Positions 1 through 11,160 of a stretch of 37,313 nucleotides of DNA are shown here, one piece after another (position 1 is the stretch's first letter; every line of letters starts with the position of its first letter). The notes below the pieces were generated by a model. The model saw nothing but the letters and a program-made list of their open reading frames with translations, did no database searches and was not told the DNA's origin. The translations under genes were made by a program, and so were the position numbers. The stretch is from Nemertoderma westbladi (lineage: Eukaryota > Animalia > Xenacoelomorpha), in assembly GCA_032718475.1 (NCBI GenBank), contig JAUCBJ010000130.1, positions 1 through 37,313 on the forward strand, written 5' to 3'.

Positions 1-170
1 GTGAGACGTATCATCCATCTGATATCATATTATATCATTTAAATGACAATAATTTAATTGTAGGCTATATGTATATATATAGGCCTATATACTGTAGGTC
101 TATAATATTATTATAAGTTTCTATTTGACAACTATAATCGATTAAATATTATAATATATAAATTACTCAC

Positions 171-227
171 AGTTTGGTCTTGACAAGCAGAACGAACATA
201 GTTTAGTGATGGTTGTATATTTCTCAT
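171..227 (-). CDS. Possible first exon of a divergently transcribed neighbouring gene (unidentified)
   Basis: Minus-strand ATG at 227 gives MRNIQPSLNYVRSACQDQT, then donor ACT|GTGAGT at 171/170. A CAG| acceptor at 19/18 would continue in frame as MDDTSH off the window edge. No homology recognised. Confidence 0.3.
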
Positions 228-377
228 TCAGCGTCTCAGGGGTACCATAATTGACCGGGTAATATTAAACCTATCAACTTATTAAAAGAGAACCTTCTGT
301 TGTTAATCACCCTACTGGTAATATGTCCACGTTCAGTTTCTCTCTCCTCATAAACGTAAAAGCCGAGCGAACCGAGT

Positions 378-468
378 TGACGTCATAGTGAATTGCACCG
401 CAGGGGCTGTTATTCAACGAACTCCAAACGTACAGCTACTTACAAGAACTGATCCAATCAACTTCCGG
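378..468. promoter_or_regulatory. Putative proximal promoter: CRE palindrome, CCAAT box, ETS/GABP motif
   Basis: TGACGTCA at 378-385, CCAAT at 454-458, ACTTCCGG at 461-468, all within about 120 bp of the ATG at 499. Motif match only. Confidence 0.5.
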
Positions 469-498
469 TTGTAATTCACTTTCATTTCAATCGTAACA

Positions 499-775
499 AT
501 GGTGGCTCGTTACATTCTCGTATTACCCCGATTTATATCGCTGGTTTACATTATATCCCTGCACCTCGACAGTGTGTGGAGCCTCGAAGTGCCTATCGGA
601 TTAATATACGCCGACACCAACCAGGCGACTGTGTTTCAAAACGCAATCCAAGAGGCTAATTCTAAGGATTCCTCGTCTATTGATAACACAGTCTTCCTCG
701 TAAATGTCACTCATAAGATGGCAGATAATCCCATTACCGTGGCCTTGGATGTATGCAGTAAACTTATAAGTGCAG
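499..775 (+). CDS. GRIN1: NMDA-type glutamate receptor subunit 1 (GluN1/NR1)-like, coding exon 1 (signal peptide and start of amino-terminal domain)
   Basis: Hydrophobic N-terminus, then VPIGLI..VFQNAIQEAN..NPITVALDVCSKLISAG, resembling GluN1 VNIGAV..MFREAVNQAN..NAIQMALSVCEDLISSQ. Donor CAG|GTAAGT at 775/776 (phase 1) joins exon 2 in frame. Confidence 0.88.
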
Positions 776-799
776 GTAAGTAAGTACCTTAGATATAAC

Positions 800-1235
800 G
801 CTATATAATACAATGCAATGCTATACAATGCTATGCAATGATATATAAGGCTATGCAATGATGTATAATGCTATACAATGCTATGCAACGATATATAATG
901 CTATACAATGATATATAATGCTATGCAATGCTATATAATGCTATGCAATGATATATAATGCTATTCAATGCTATACAATGCTATATAATGCTATGCAATG
1001 CTATATAATGCTATACAATGCTATATAATGCTATACAATGCTATGCAATGATATATAATGCTATGCAATGATATATAATGATATGCAATGATATATAATG
1101 CTTTGCAATGATATATAATGCTATACAATTCTATATAATGCTATGCAATGCTATTATATAATGCTGCTATGCAATGATTTATAATACTATGCAATGATAT
1201 ATAATGTTATGCAATGCTATTATATAATGCTATAT
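800..1235. repeat. 10-bp-unit minisatellite (ATGCTATGCA / ATGATATATA / ATGCTATACA variants)
   Basis: Visible 10-bp periodicity at the start of GluN1 intron 1. Confidence 0.95.
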
Positions 1236-2161
1236 GCAGCAGCAATGCACCACCTTCATGGTTCTACAGTTCCCAATCAGCCATCTAAAACCCTACTCTT
1301 TGTCTAGTCTTTTAGCAGACGCGTGAGGAATGTTGAATAGTTTAGGTGCAATTTCACTGCAATTAAACCGATTCCAAGATCACCCTTAAATCCTAGGTTT
1401 CCTTACTTTGGGGCAACTAGCTGCTTGTTTGTCCTCCTCATTTAATTCATTATGGGGTAATATTCGTGCTGTAAATGTACTGCGGCTGTGGAATGGATTA
1501 GAAATCAGCATTCACGCATCTTGAATACTTCATAAGGTACGCCATCAACACCACAGACTTTATTTTTTAATAGAAGTTGCAGTAGTTTCTTCTTATAAAT
1601 TAGTACCGTGGAAGACACACAACGTATAGTGAGTGAACTAATACGGCAGTTATGCATCGTTATTGAACAGTTTCTCTTCTAAACCAGATAACCGGGCCGA
1701 AAGGATGAAATCCTGTTGCATTGTCGCCATTCACCCAAAGCTCATTGAGTTCCGAGGCAAATAAATTATTGAAGTCCACAATAAAATGATGTCATAGCTC
1801 AGGCACAGGTCGGACCGCTTTGATGAATACAGCTAAAGTAAGTTAGCGTTTGTGAATGGCAGTAACTGTTTGTTCATTTGATTGGATGAATGAAAGAAAA
1901 TTTTATGATATCCACTCCGTATCCATTCAAAAGTTAAATAGTTAGTTAGTTAGTGGTCTGCAATTTAATTTCCTGATACTTCTGCTAAAATGAACTTGTT
2001 TGTAATGTAATGCATATTAATTGGAAATTTACATGGGTGATCGGAATATGCACATGGGTTTTCTGTTGCAGATGCGGCAAGGAATGCATCCCAGTTGTGA
2101 CTGTAATATTTAGTATGTCATATGTATGTATTTGTATAAATTATTATTGGTGTTTTATAAA

Positions 2162-2705
2162 GGCGGGGTAGCTCAGTTGGTTGAGCGCCGGGCCTGCAAT
2201 CTATGGTTGTAAGATCAGCCCCGCCAGGGTCCACTCAGCCTTTCATCCACTGGGGTCGAGTACCAGTTAAATAACTGGGAGCAAATCTTGGGATAGGAGT
2301 AGCGCCCACCACTACCTTCGGGTAGCAGAAGGAGTAGCGCCCACCCCTACCTTCGGGTAGCAGATAGGAGTAGTGCCCACCCCTACCTTCGGGTAGCAGA
2401 TAGGAGTAGCGCCCACCACTACCTTCGGGTAGCAGCAGATAGGAGTAGCGCCACCCCTACCTTCGGGTAGCAGATAGGAGTAGCGCCCACCCCTACCTTC
2501 GGGTAGCAGATAGGAGTAGCGCCACCCCTACCTTCGGGTAGCAGATGGAGTAGCGCCCACCCATACCTTCGGGTAGCAGATTTGCAATGACGTCCAGGTG
2601 GTGCGAATGTATGAATGGTGTGAACATACGTCTCAGCCATCCAATGTTTCTGTCAATAAACCCGGTTCTTCAGGTCCTTATAGGTCGGTCCATCACGAAC
2701 ATTGC
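2162..2705 (+). mobile_element. tRNA-derived SINE with conserved central domain (possibly Meta-type) and internal minisatellite
   Basis: Head GGCGGGGTAGCTCAGTTGGTTGAGCG (Pol III A-box, tRNA 5' half; B-box degenerate), then GTCCACTCAGCCTTTCATCC..GGGGTCGAGTACCAG resembling a widespread SINE central domain. 3' boundary approximate. Confidence 0.7.
2292..2578 (+). repeat. About 36-bp tandem repeat x8, each with a CTACC-TTCG-GGTAG hairpin
   Basis: Eight head-to-tail copies of GATAGGAGTAGCGCCCACCCCTACCTTCGGGTAGCA with small indels and no spacers. Confidence 0.95.
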
Positions 2706-2749
2706 TAGTGATCGCAGGTGAGTAACTAACTACCTCAGTGGAGTTGTAG

Positions 2750-2852
2750 ACATTAGGTCCCGCGAGTCATTTGGTCCTGTGAGATCTAATGTCTCGGTAC
2801 AATTAGGTCCCGCGGGACCTAATGGCTAGCGGGACCTAATGGCTCATGACCC
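2750..2852. mobile_element. MITE-like palindromic element
   Basis: ATTAGGTCCCGC repeated on the left and its reverse complement GCGGGACCTAAT repeated on the right. Confidence 0.5.
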
Positions 2853-3257
2853 CTCCAGTGCCGTTAATTTATAGTATAAGGTATATCCCATATGAGTAAC
2901 TTGTATGGTATGCTGCACTCATATGCACTGGATGCGCACTACTACTGCATTACAACCTTTATAATACAATATTTCAATCTACTTAGCTGATCTTTTAATA
3001 TTTGGTTAGAAAGTTCAACGCATGGACGGACATGGACTAAAAAACATTTATGATATACTTTTATTTGCAATCAATCTTTAATATTTCTTCACATTTCTTT
3101 CTAGTTTCAAATACATTTGATATATTATATACATTTACATTGTAAATAATAGTCAATATTCGAATTTTAGTTAAACATAAACATTTTTTATGGTTCGAGG
3201 AGATTTTCAGAAAACATTTAGCCACAAGAGATATGAACTCGGTTTTTTGAATTTGAA

Positions 3258-3376
3258 CCTTGTTGTATAATATAGGTCAATCAGCCCTTGTTGTATAATA
3301 TAGGTCAATCAGCCCTTGTTGTATAATATAGGTCAATCAGCCCTTGTTGTATAATATAGGTCAATCAGCCCTTGTT
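3258..3376. repeat. About 28-bp tandem repeat x4
   Basis: CCTTGTTGTATAATATAGGTCAATCAGC repeated four times. Confidence 0.95.
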
Positions 3377-5459
3377 TTAACAATCTGTTTACGCCAGTTG
3401 CCTCTCTCATTTAATTACTCTGAGCTGCTGCGAAAAGATCTATTTTATATGGATTACGTTTCCATTTCGTATTTTTCCTTTCGCGTCGTTATAACCAAGT
3501 TTAGAGCCGCTTCCTACTTGACAACCAAGGAGAGGATTAAAATGAAGCAGCTTCATGGTAATGCAGATTGTATTAGAACTTCTCACAGACTTTAAACCTA
3601 AAATGAGCTTCCGTGCATTGGGGTATTTAGACTGTCTATTCAACCAACAACAGGGACTAATGTTAAATAAGATGTACCAGAATGCATGCTGGGATCTGCA
3701 AATCTCAAAAATAACCCAATGAGTCAATATGCTGCTGGTGTATGAAATACAAAGGTTACTAAAGTAAACATTTTGAGACTAAAACTCCATAATTTAGTCC
3801 CGTTCTACGTTTGTTAAGCAGGTTGGTGGCGCTTTTGATGCGGAACAGAATTTGAATAAGTAAAGATAGTTTGGATGTACAATCTACTGCAAGATAGCTT
3901 TACAATTTCGGTTATTTGTTATATTATAAAGATTTCTTTTCAATTTCATCCTATAACGTGTAAAAGGATTGAAATAGTAGTAGAGCGAAGGTAATAATAT
4001 AGTTTTCAAACAAGGATTAGAATTCTATGTGGTGTTTAATAGCTAAGTTAAGCTAATAGCTAATAATGCTAAGTTAAATAGTTAGAGCAAGCACGGAATG
4101 CTACATAGAGATACTGTAACAAATTTGAAAGTTACTTACATACTGTAACTTATCTTAAAAACATCTAAAGGTTAGTAGTAATAATATGTAGATACTCCAT
4201 AGCTTATAGTCCAATTAATCTAGCCAAAAAGAGGAGGGCATATAACACAAAATCCTTATCAACTTAAAGTTATCCGTATCAACCAACAGGGGTTTTACAT
4301 TCGCCAAGATGGGATTTGCGTCCTGAGACTAATTGTCTCAGGAGTTTAGATCTGGAACGGGACTTTAGATCCCACCCAAATTTAGTATGGTCCTGGTAAA
4401 AGGTCACCGGTAGACAGTTATTATTATTAATATTATTATTATTATATTATTATTATTAGACAGACACAAACCATAATAAATAATATTAATGTCACCACCC
4501 ATTACTGGACTACGGCTATATTGCACAAAATTCCGCTAAATTCAAGAAATCGATGGGAAAGTAACTTAGGTTTAGAGGGTTGCATGACGATTTTATTTAG
4601 AGTTTGTGCCGTAACTCATGTAATCTGCGATACTGCAAAAGTTGTATAGTTGGATCTAAAGTTCCCCAAACAATGAAAATCAGCTGAAATTTTGTATAAT
4701 TTCACGACTCCACTGTAGTAGATAGGAATACATAACAACCGAAACCCGAAATTATTATCAAAGAATATCACAATATTTCCCAGGATATATCATATTATTC
4801 ATGAAGTTTCTAAAGTTGAATCATAATTTTTATTTTCAATCTTTAGCTACAATCGTTTAATAAAAGTGTCTCACTCGATATTGCGCCAGTTACAGCGCAG
4901 TTATTTTTCATCCTTTATAGTGATGGGAAGCTGACCATGCGTGATACCAAAAATGTAAAATCATGAATTTGAATGACAAATATATGAGATATAAGCGTTC
5001 TAAATAAAACAATGTTACACGAGAGACTTATAGACATAAAAAGGAAGCTTTATTGATTGCGAGTTAATTCGTTTATCAATCTGTCTACATCCAGTTTAAC
5101 TGCATGGCGTGTGATGCACCACCATTCACCAATACAGGAACAGGAGGCTGTTGTCAGTTGTAGTCCATTCTGTATTCAGGTGCGCCGCTATATAGTCCTA
5201 CAGAGAGACACGCGAGCGATACATTACCTGTCGGTGGGGTTCTGCAAATTTCCGGTTACTTGCCGCCATGTAAGGGTGCGGATAATCTTTTATTCCCATT
5301 CTGGCAAGGTACCTACCTCATTAACATTGACTAGAATAAATTCTTCATAGCATCCCCGGGAACCACATTTCATTGACGCAATTTACCCCATGGAATCTTA
5401 CAGTGCTAATCGGGTTTCCATTGTTTTTTAAATTGTATTTTCCATGAGATAATAAAGTT

Positions 5460-6136
5460 TTGTATAACTATTTACATCATTGTGTGCAAAGTAGCACTTT
5501 GCAGCGTTATGACCCGAGTTTATTAATGTACCGAGCGAGCGCAGCGAGGGAGGTTTACATAAATAAACAAGGTAAATAAGCAAAATAAGCAATGATGTAT
5601 GTAATTTTGTTACATTATCTCAACTTTTCAGCGTTCGTTATGTGAAGAAAGGATTTTATGGATGCTCATTTATACATTTTAATCATGTACTATATCGAAT
5701 ATAAGCGAAATTTATTAACAGGTACACTGCTACACAGTATTCATTATACATTTAAATCTAATTAAAGTTTATTGGAAGTTATCTCTTTCATGGATGTGAT
5801 AAATCATTAATCCATCCTGACTATATAGTCGACTGAAGCAAACTTTGTCACCGTCTGTGTCCGTTCCGTTTTACTGAACACTGCCGTCATTTTCTTTGCT
5901 CATCGCATGGTCTTTCTCTAATACTATAATGGATTACACTACACGTAAACAGTTATTTACATACAGTAGCTAGTCCCGTCACTGCAAACTGGATAATAAA
6001 GCAGCAATCATTAAAAAAATGGGAATAATACATTCTGGAATACAGTATTTGAAGTTGTTTCCATGTCATTGATTACTTTGCAGCGTTACGAGTAATTCAC
6101 CAGGACGATGTTAAGTTTAAATAATGTAACAAAATA
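5460..6136. mobile_element. Non-autonomous hairpin/inverted-repeat element (H1)
   Basis: Imperfect hairpin centred on GAGCGCAGCGAG (about 5537-5548); direct repeat ACTTTGCAGCGTTA at 5496 and 6075; perfect 15-bp inverted repeat 5604-5618 / 6121-6135. Confidence 0.55.
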
Positions 6137-7353
6137 AGATAAATATAAAAATTATTTCTATAACATTCTATTCCATCGATATCTATCTTTAATTCATGAT
6201 GGGGTAGATAGTATCTATTTAATTAAATCAATCTACATCTAAATGGGCGTATTAAATTAATTCAACTTTCAGCAAAACAATACATTCAAATTCGCTACAT
6301 AAACGCAAAAATAAAATAAAAAAGCTTACATAATCAGCTAAAATATGTGATGTATGAGTTTATGAGACTGAAATGAAAGTTATTTTAAATTGTCTTAAAA
6401 CAGTATCATACGATAGGGGTTCCTATGATACATTACATTATAAATTTATAATGTATAAATAAATTTATAAATCTGTAATGAAATAAAATAAATTGCTTTC
6501 ATTTTCAGCAGTAAATTAGCAGCAGTTCCCTAAATGTATGGCAGCAATGGATACACTATCTAAACCGGTGATTGATTGGAATGGAATGGTCATGGAAATA
6601 GACATGGAATGATTTTTTGAATAGCAATTACAAAAAATCCGTGGAGATCCGATGATACCAGTTGGACATTTGTTGCACTTTTGATGACAATCATGTTACA
6701 GTACGTACTAAAATCACCACAACAATTACTATGTATTCCAATGCAAATGGAAAATTTTCACTTGAAAAACGGCAGCGATCTCTATCTGTCTGCTACATCC
6801 ATTAAACTGTCAGTTGTATTAAATATTGCAGGATGCTGTTGGATCCACCATTAGAAATTCGCTTATTCTATATATAGTAGTGTGCTAATGAGTGTTTACC
6901 GCAGCACCACAGCTTTCGTGTGTGTGTACCGAGGGATTACACAAAGAAACCCTATGGAGAGTAGAGGGGGTATGCTAAGAGTGTATTTATTATCGGTTTA
7001 TGAGGAACTATCATCAGCTTTTGATGCATCATTTAAAATGCATACGATGATGGATGGCATTTTATTTCTAATCTTCATTGAAGACACATCACGATTTGGC
7101 TGCTGTTATCTCATCGGTTATTTTCGCCTATATTCAAGCATCGCTCTTTTAGCTCTGGTCGTCTGGTTGTCTTATCTGTTCTGTCAACTCGCAAAGCACT
7201 AGCACGCCTAGGAATAAAAACTTCGCATTCCAAGTGCGTAGATTATTATGGGTTGTCACGCGCTTAGATATGTATTTGAATAATTTATAGATTATTCTTT
7301 GGATGTAGTGTTGTGGGGATTCCACAACACTACACCCCCACCCCTCCTTTTCG

Positions 7354-7526
7354 TTGAACTCGATTGCTGCAAAGATATACAATAGAATTCTATTAAATCG
7401 CATCAGGGATCCATTTGAGAAACTGCTACATGGAAATCAGAATGAATTCCGTAAAGGTCGTGGGACCATGGTGCCCATTTTATCACTTAGAAGGATAATT
7501 GAAGAGTTATCAAAAAAGAAAGACTA
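7354..7526 (+). mobile_element. RTE-clade LINE reverse transcriptase fragment
   Basis: SIAAKIYNRILLNRIR..LLHGNQNEFRKGRGT..ILSLRRIIEE parallels AAKIYNKMILYRIR..NGFQPSRST..ILALRRLIE in the RT at 34236-35411. Confidence 0.85.
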
Positions 7527-8180
7527 CGATGCATGATCCATTACGGTGCCTAGTGTTACAGGAAGTGGTATCATCGCAAATGGCAACCAAATTTTCTGAA
7601 ACACCCAATTCTTACAATGCTGCAACATCAGCTTTAGATTGTTGCTTGTGATTCACCAGTTCCCACTGATAATTCAAGAACTTGGCTGACTCCCCCCTGG
7701 AAATTAGGACAGGCAAGCGTTCAACATGATCAGTTCCAGTTCCAGTGCACTTTTCCATTCTAGTGAACTGCAAGGGCAACATTAGCCTGAAATGAAGCCA
7801 TATACTGTTCGACAAAACTAGTTCTGACTTTTTGACAATGGCGTTGATGGACATGCGATGTATATTTAAACCTTCAGGATTGTGGCCAAGACTTAGGGCT
7901 GCCTCAGTAAGAACAAATGTAGCACTGCGATCAGACATCCTGGTTCGATCCAAAGCTGCAGCACGTGAATGTGTAACTACAATTGTTCTTCCTCTATCTT
8001 TATTTACAGGTGTAACCTGTAACCTGGGAAGTGTCAGCAACAGCTGAATGATATTCATCAGCACAGCTGCAGCTTGAAGAAATCCAATGAAATTACAGCA
8101 GTCGTACAAACTTTTTGCTCTTCAGATATGGATCGCAGCAATTCATCTCTTTTTCTTTTCAAAATATGGCGCTTACCTGT
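7527..8180 (-). mobile_element. Degenerate DDE DNA transposase fragment, hAT superfamily (hATm-like)
   Basis: AAALDRTRMSDRSATFVL..SLGHNP, frameshifted VH*NGK (cf. VHWDGK), HVERLPVLIS, and AICDDTTSCNTRHRNGSC (cf. FDTTxxNTG). Family from recalled motifs. Confidence 0.7.
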
Positions 8181-8369
8181 TAGAACAGTGTGATGAGAGG
8201 AGTCCACACTTTCGTATCACCTTATGGTTTACCATAGCTTATTATACAGTTTAGTGTTCATCCCCAGTAAACGTACGGCTTTCTTGTATAAGTTGTCTTG
8301 GCGGTATAGGAGATAAATATGGAAGGACGTCACCTAACTGTCTACAGTACCGGGACTGTTTCACAGTAA

Positions 8370-8603
8370 TCTATATCTATAAAAATCAAATTCTCTCTCT
8401 CTGTGTTCGAACTCCTCCAAAACGGGCGGAGGGATTGCGCTGGGACTTGGCATGTGTGTATAACTTTAACCAGTGGTCGTTATAGGCCACTTTTCGAAAA
8501 GTTTAATTCACGTTCGGTACCGGTACTAGGTACCGGTACCGAACGTGGGCCTATACCGGTAGCGGGAAATACCGGGTAACATGCCTCGGGTATTGCCTGC
8601 TAG
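8370..8603 (+). mobile_element. Non-autonomous Helitron
   Basis: Starts A|TCTATATCTATAAAA, ends CTAG|T with GC-rich imperfect hairpin just upstream; AT insertion site with no TSD; internal palindrome at about 8510-8548. Confidence 0.8.
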
Positions 8604-9111
8604 TACAATAATAAAAACGAGATGTGATTCAGCGGTTCACGCTAATTGCCCTTCGTTGAGTTACCTGCTTACTTTAAATTTTTTCAAACTGTCGAGTTTG
8701 TAGTAATTAGAAGTCACGGTGCATCTAGCTTGTTGTACTGTACGCTACATGTTTGACTAATGGGGTAACTACTATGTATTCCCCTATTAGTAAACGCTTT
8801 GCAGTTACGATCACGTACGACCAAGCTACTTCAAATCTTTTGAATATTTTAACACTTTACCGCAACTTTTCCACTTAAGTTTTAGTAGCCGGCAATTAGT
8901 TTTTAGTATGCCAATATATTTTATAGCTTCTCTTAAAAGGTTTTACTTTCATTAACAAATCATTTATATATTTTTATGATATATTAAGATGATAATCTTT
9001 TGTTTTTCGATAGTATTATGATACAATGGATCGTTTCTGTCTTCACTTATGTATTTTGCTACATTTCTTTATTATTTGTTTCTACCAGTTAATTTTTTTA
9101 TTTAACTTTAG

Positions 9112-9236
9112 GTGTCTACGCAATAATTGTGGCGCCTGACGTTAACAATTTACCTATTGCCGTGAGTTACACAGCGGGTTTCTACCAAATTCCGGTTATT
9201 GGCATAGCTACTAGAAACGCAATATTTTCCGATAAG
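9112..9236 (+). CDS. GRIN1: GluN1/NR1-like coding exon 2
   Basis: T-rich acceptor TTTAG| at 9111. Translates (G)[41 protein letters not shown], matching GluN1 VYAILV...[25 protein letters not shown]. Donor AAG|GTTAGT at 9236/9237. Confidence 0.93.
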
Positions 9237-9789
9237 GTTAGTTTGGTATTTAATACAATGCTGTGCCCAGGAGGATGTAAGCAAGCTTACAAGCTTTGGA
9301 TAGACGGTTACCACTATTTAAACCATTGCCTAGACGCCCTCTAGCATGAGCCTGCAGAATTGCTGAGTCCCCCCACGCAAATTTTATTTCATACGTTGCA
9401 TAGACTATGTGCCTACATATACTGAAGGATTTCTATTTTGCAAATATATTTTGAAACAGTTTTGTCCGAGTTTTGAATCCGCATTGAGGATGTTAATCAA
9501 GTCTCTTCCGTAGTGCCTGCAGGGTGGTGCTCGTCTTTAGCAATTCGGATGTCTTCAACGAGAATTACCTAAGAGCAGATTGACTGAGAATGTACAATGA
9601 CTTCTGATTTATCAACCCTCAAGTGATCTGGTAACTCCCATCTAGCACCAAGGTTCTACTGCTTGCTTCTGGAATAAAGTTAACTTCAGAGAAGTTTAAT
9701 TCCAGGTGATTTCGAACACTTGATTGTTTATTTAATTCAGATCATGGCGCTACGGAGGTATTCTCAGATCTCTGAATCAGAGGCCACTG

Positions 9790-10001
9790 ACGGTCGACAG
9801 CGGTTGGATAATTTTTAGCCCGCGAGTATTCTTTGCCCGCGGGTATTCGTAGCCCGCGAGTAGTTTTAGCCCGCGAGTTAGTAAAGGAGCAGGTTAGTAT
9901 AGGAGCAGGTTTCAGAGGCGTATTGGCGGAACCAAAACAATAAACTTTATTGTTTTGCGGGCTAAAAATACTCGCGGGCTAAGAATTCCTGAGACGTCGA
10001 C
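9790..10001. mobile_element. MITE-like element with subterminal repeats
   Basis: About four copies of TAGCCCGCGAGTA on the left and inverted (ACTC)GCGGGCTAA copies on the right; GTCGAC near both ends. Confidence 0.65.
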
Positions 10002-11160
10002 GGCCACCCACAATCTAAGTTCACAGTGAGAGAAGTTTGATCACTGTGGCGTTTACAGATAGATCAACTTTGGTTGCTGCCTGTTTTATATGATACATAA
10101 ATTATAGTCTTCCTTTCTTAGGGGCATTAACTAGATTCTAAGTACAAACAATAATTATAGCCATTATGTACTAAGTATAATTTTCTTCATTATTATAATT
10201 TAGGAATATCAATACATTTACTATTGTGTCGAAACATACTGTATTCCAGTGGCACCACTTATGAAGCTATCATTGTAACGGCAAAGTTCCATGTACTTAG
10301 TTGGAGTGCAGGTTAACGCTCGTATTATTTCGATGTCTGTACAATGCAACTTACTACTACTACTACTACTGTACTACCACAGTATCCCAATAGATATCTC
10401 TACGCAAAGTATAATATATTATTAATGTTTAATAGCCATACAATAATTAAATATTTCAAAGTGGAAAATTTTAAGTATTGATATGTTTTTAAAGAGCCAA
10501 TTTTCGGATATTCAGAATTCTTTATGTAAAAATTTACTTTGTTCAATTATGTACTTCATCGCGGCACTACTATTCATTGGGCTTTAAAGACCCCATGTAA
10601 ACCTCTCTCACCTTTTAGAGATCCAATACCTTTTAGTTACGGTAGGTCTATAGACCTACTGCTATACGATGTAGGTATCGGTAGTTTCCGAGTAACAGTA
10701 TTCCAGTATTGCATTGAAATTAACTGTTTTTGACGCAAGAAACTGAAGCATGTCACAGTCAAATTATAATTTGAAAGATTTTTTTTAACTTTACTGACTT
10801 ACTCGTCACATTTTACCCCATTGATAACCACAGATTTGATAACCATTAAACTCAGGTCACCAAATATTTAATATTTTATAAAATAACAGATTAATCTTTT
10901 ATTCAATTTAATTGTAAGATTTTGAAGTCCGTTCGATTTCCTCTACATTACCCGAAAAGTGCCATATACTGTATCATTATTTTGAAAAATATTTTAACCA
11001 CAAATACCAATGATATGAAAATTTGTCATTATTCCAAATGGAATCCACTTCGCTAGATTGTGAAACAAACTATTTGGAATAGCCAGCCCACAGTGAAGTG
11101 TATTTTTTTACAAACAAATGTGTAGAATGTAGGTAGATACAGTAGATACTTAATCCAGAC

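Noticed and set aside
2162-2235. Functional tRNA gene
   Set aside because: Only the 5' half is tRNA-like; there is no intact T-arm/B-box and it runs into SINE body sequence.
2292-2578. 36-bp hairpin repeats resembling a CRISPR array
   Set aside because: Units are head-to-tail with no unique spacers, there are no cas genes, and the context is a eukaryotic SINE.
5057-5350. 97-aa ORF, and a minus-strand ATGGCGGC..CAG|GTAATG mini-exon
   Set aside because: No recognisable homology or partner exons; the same applies to the other short AT-rich ORFs in the track.
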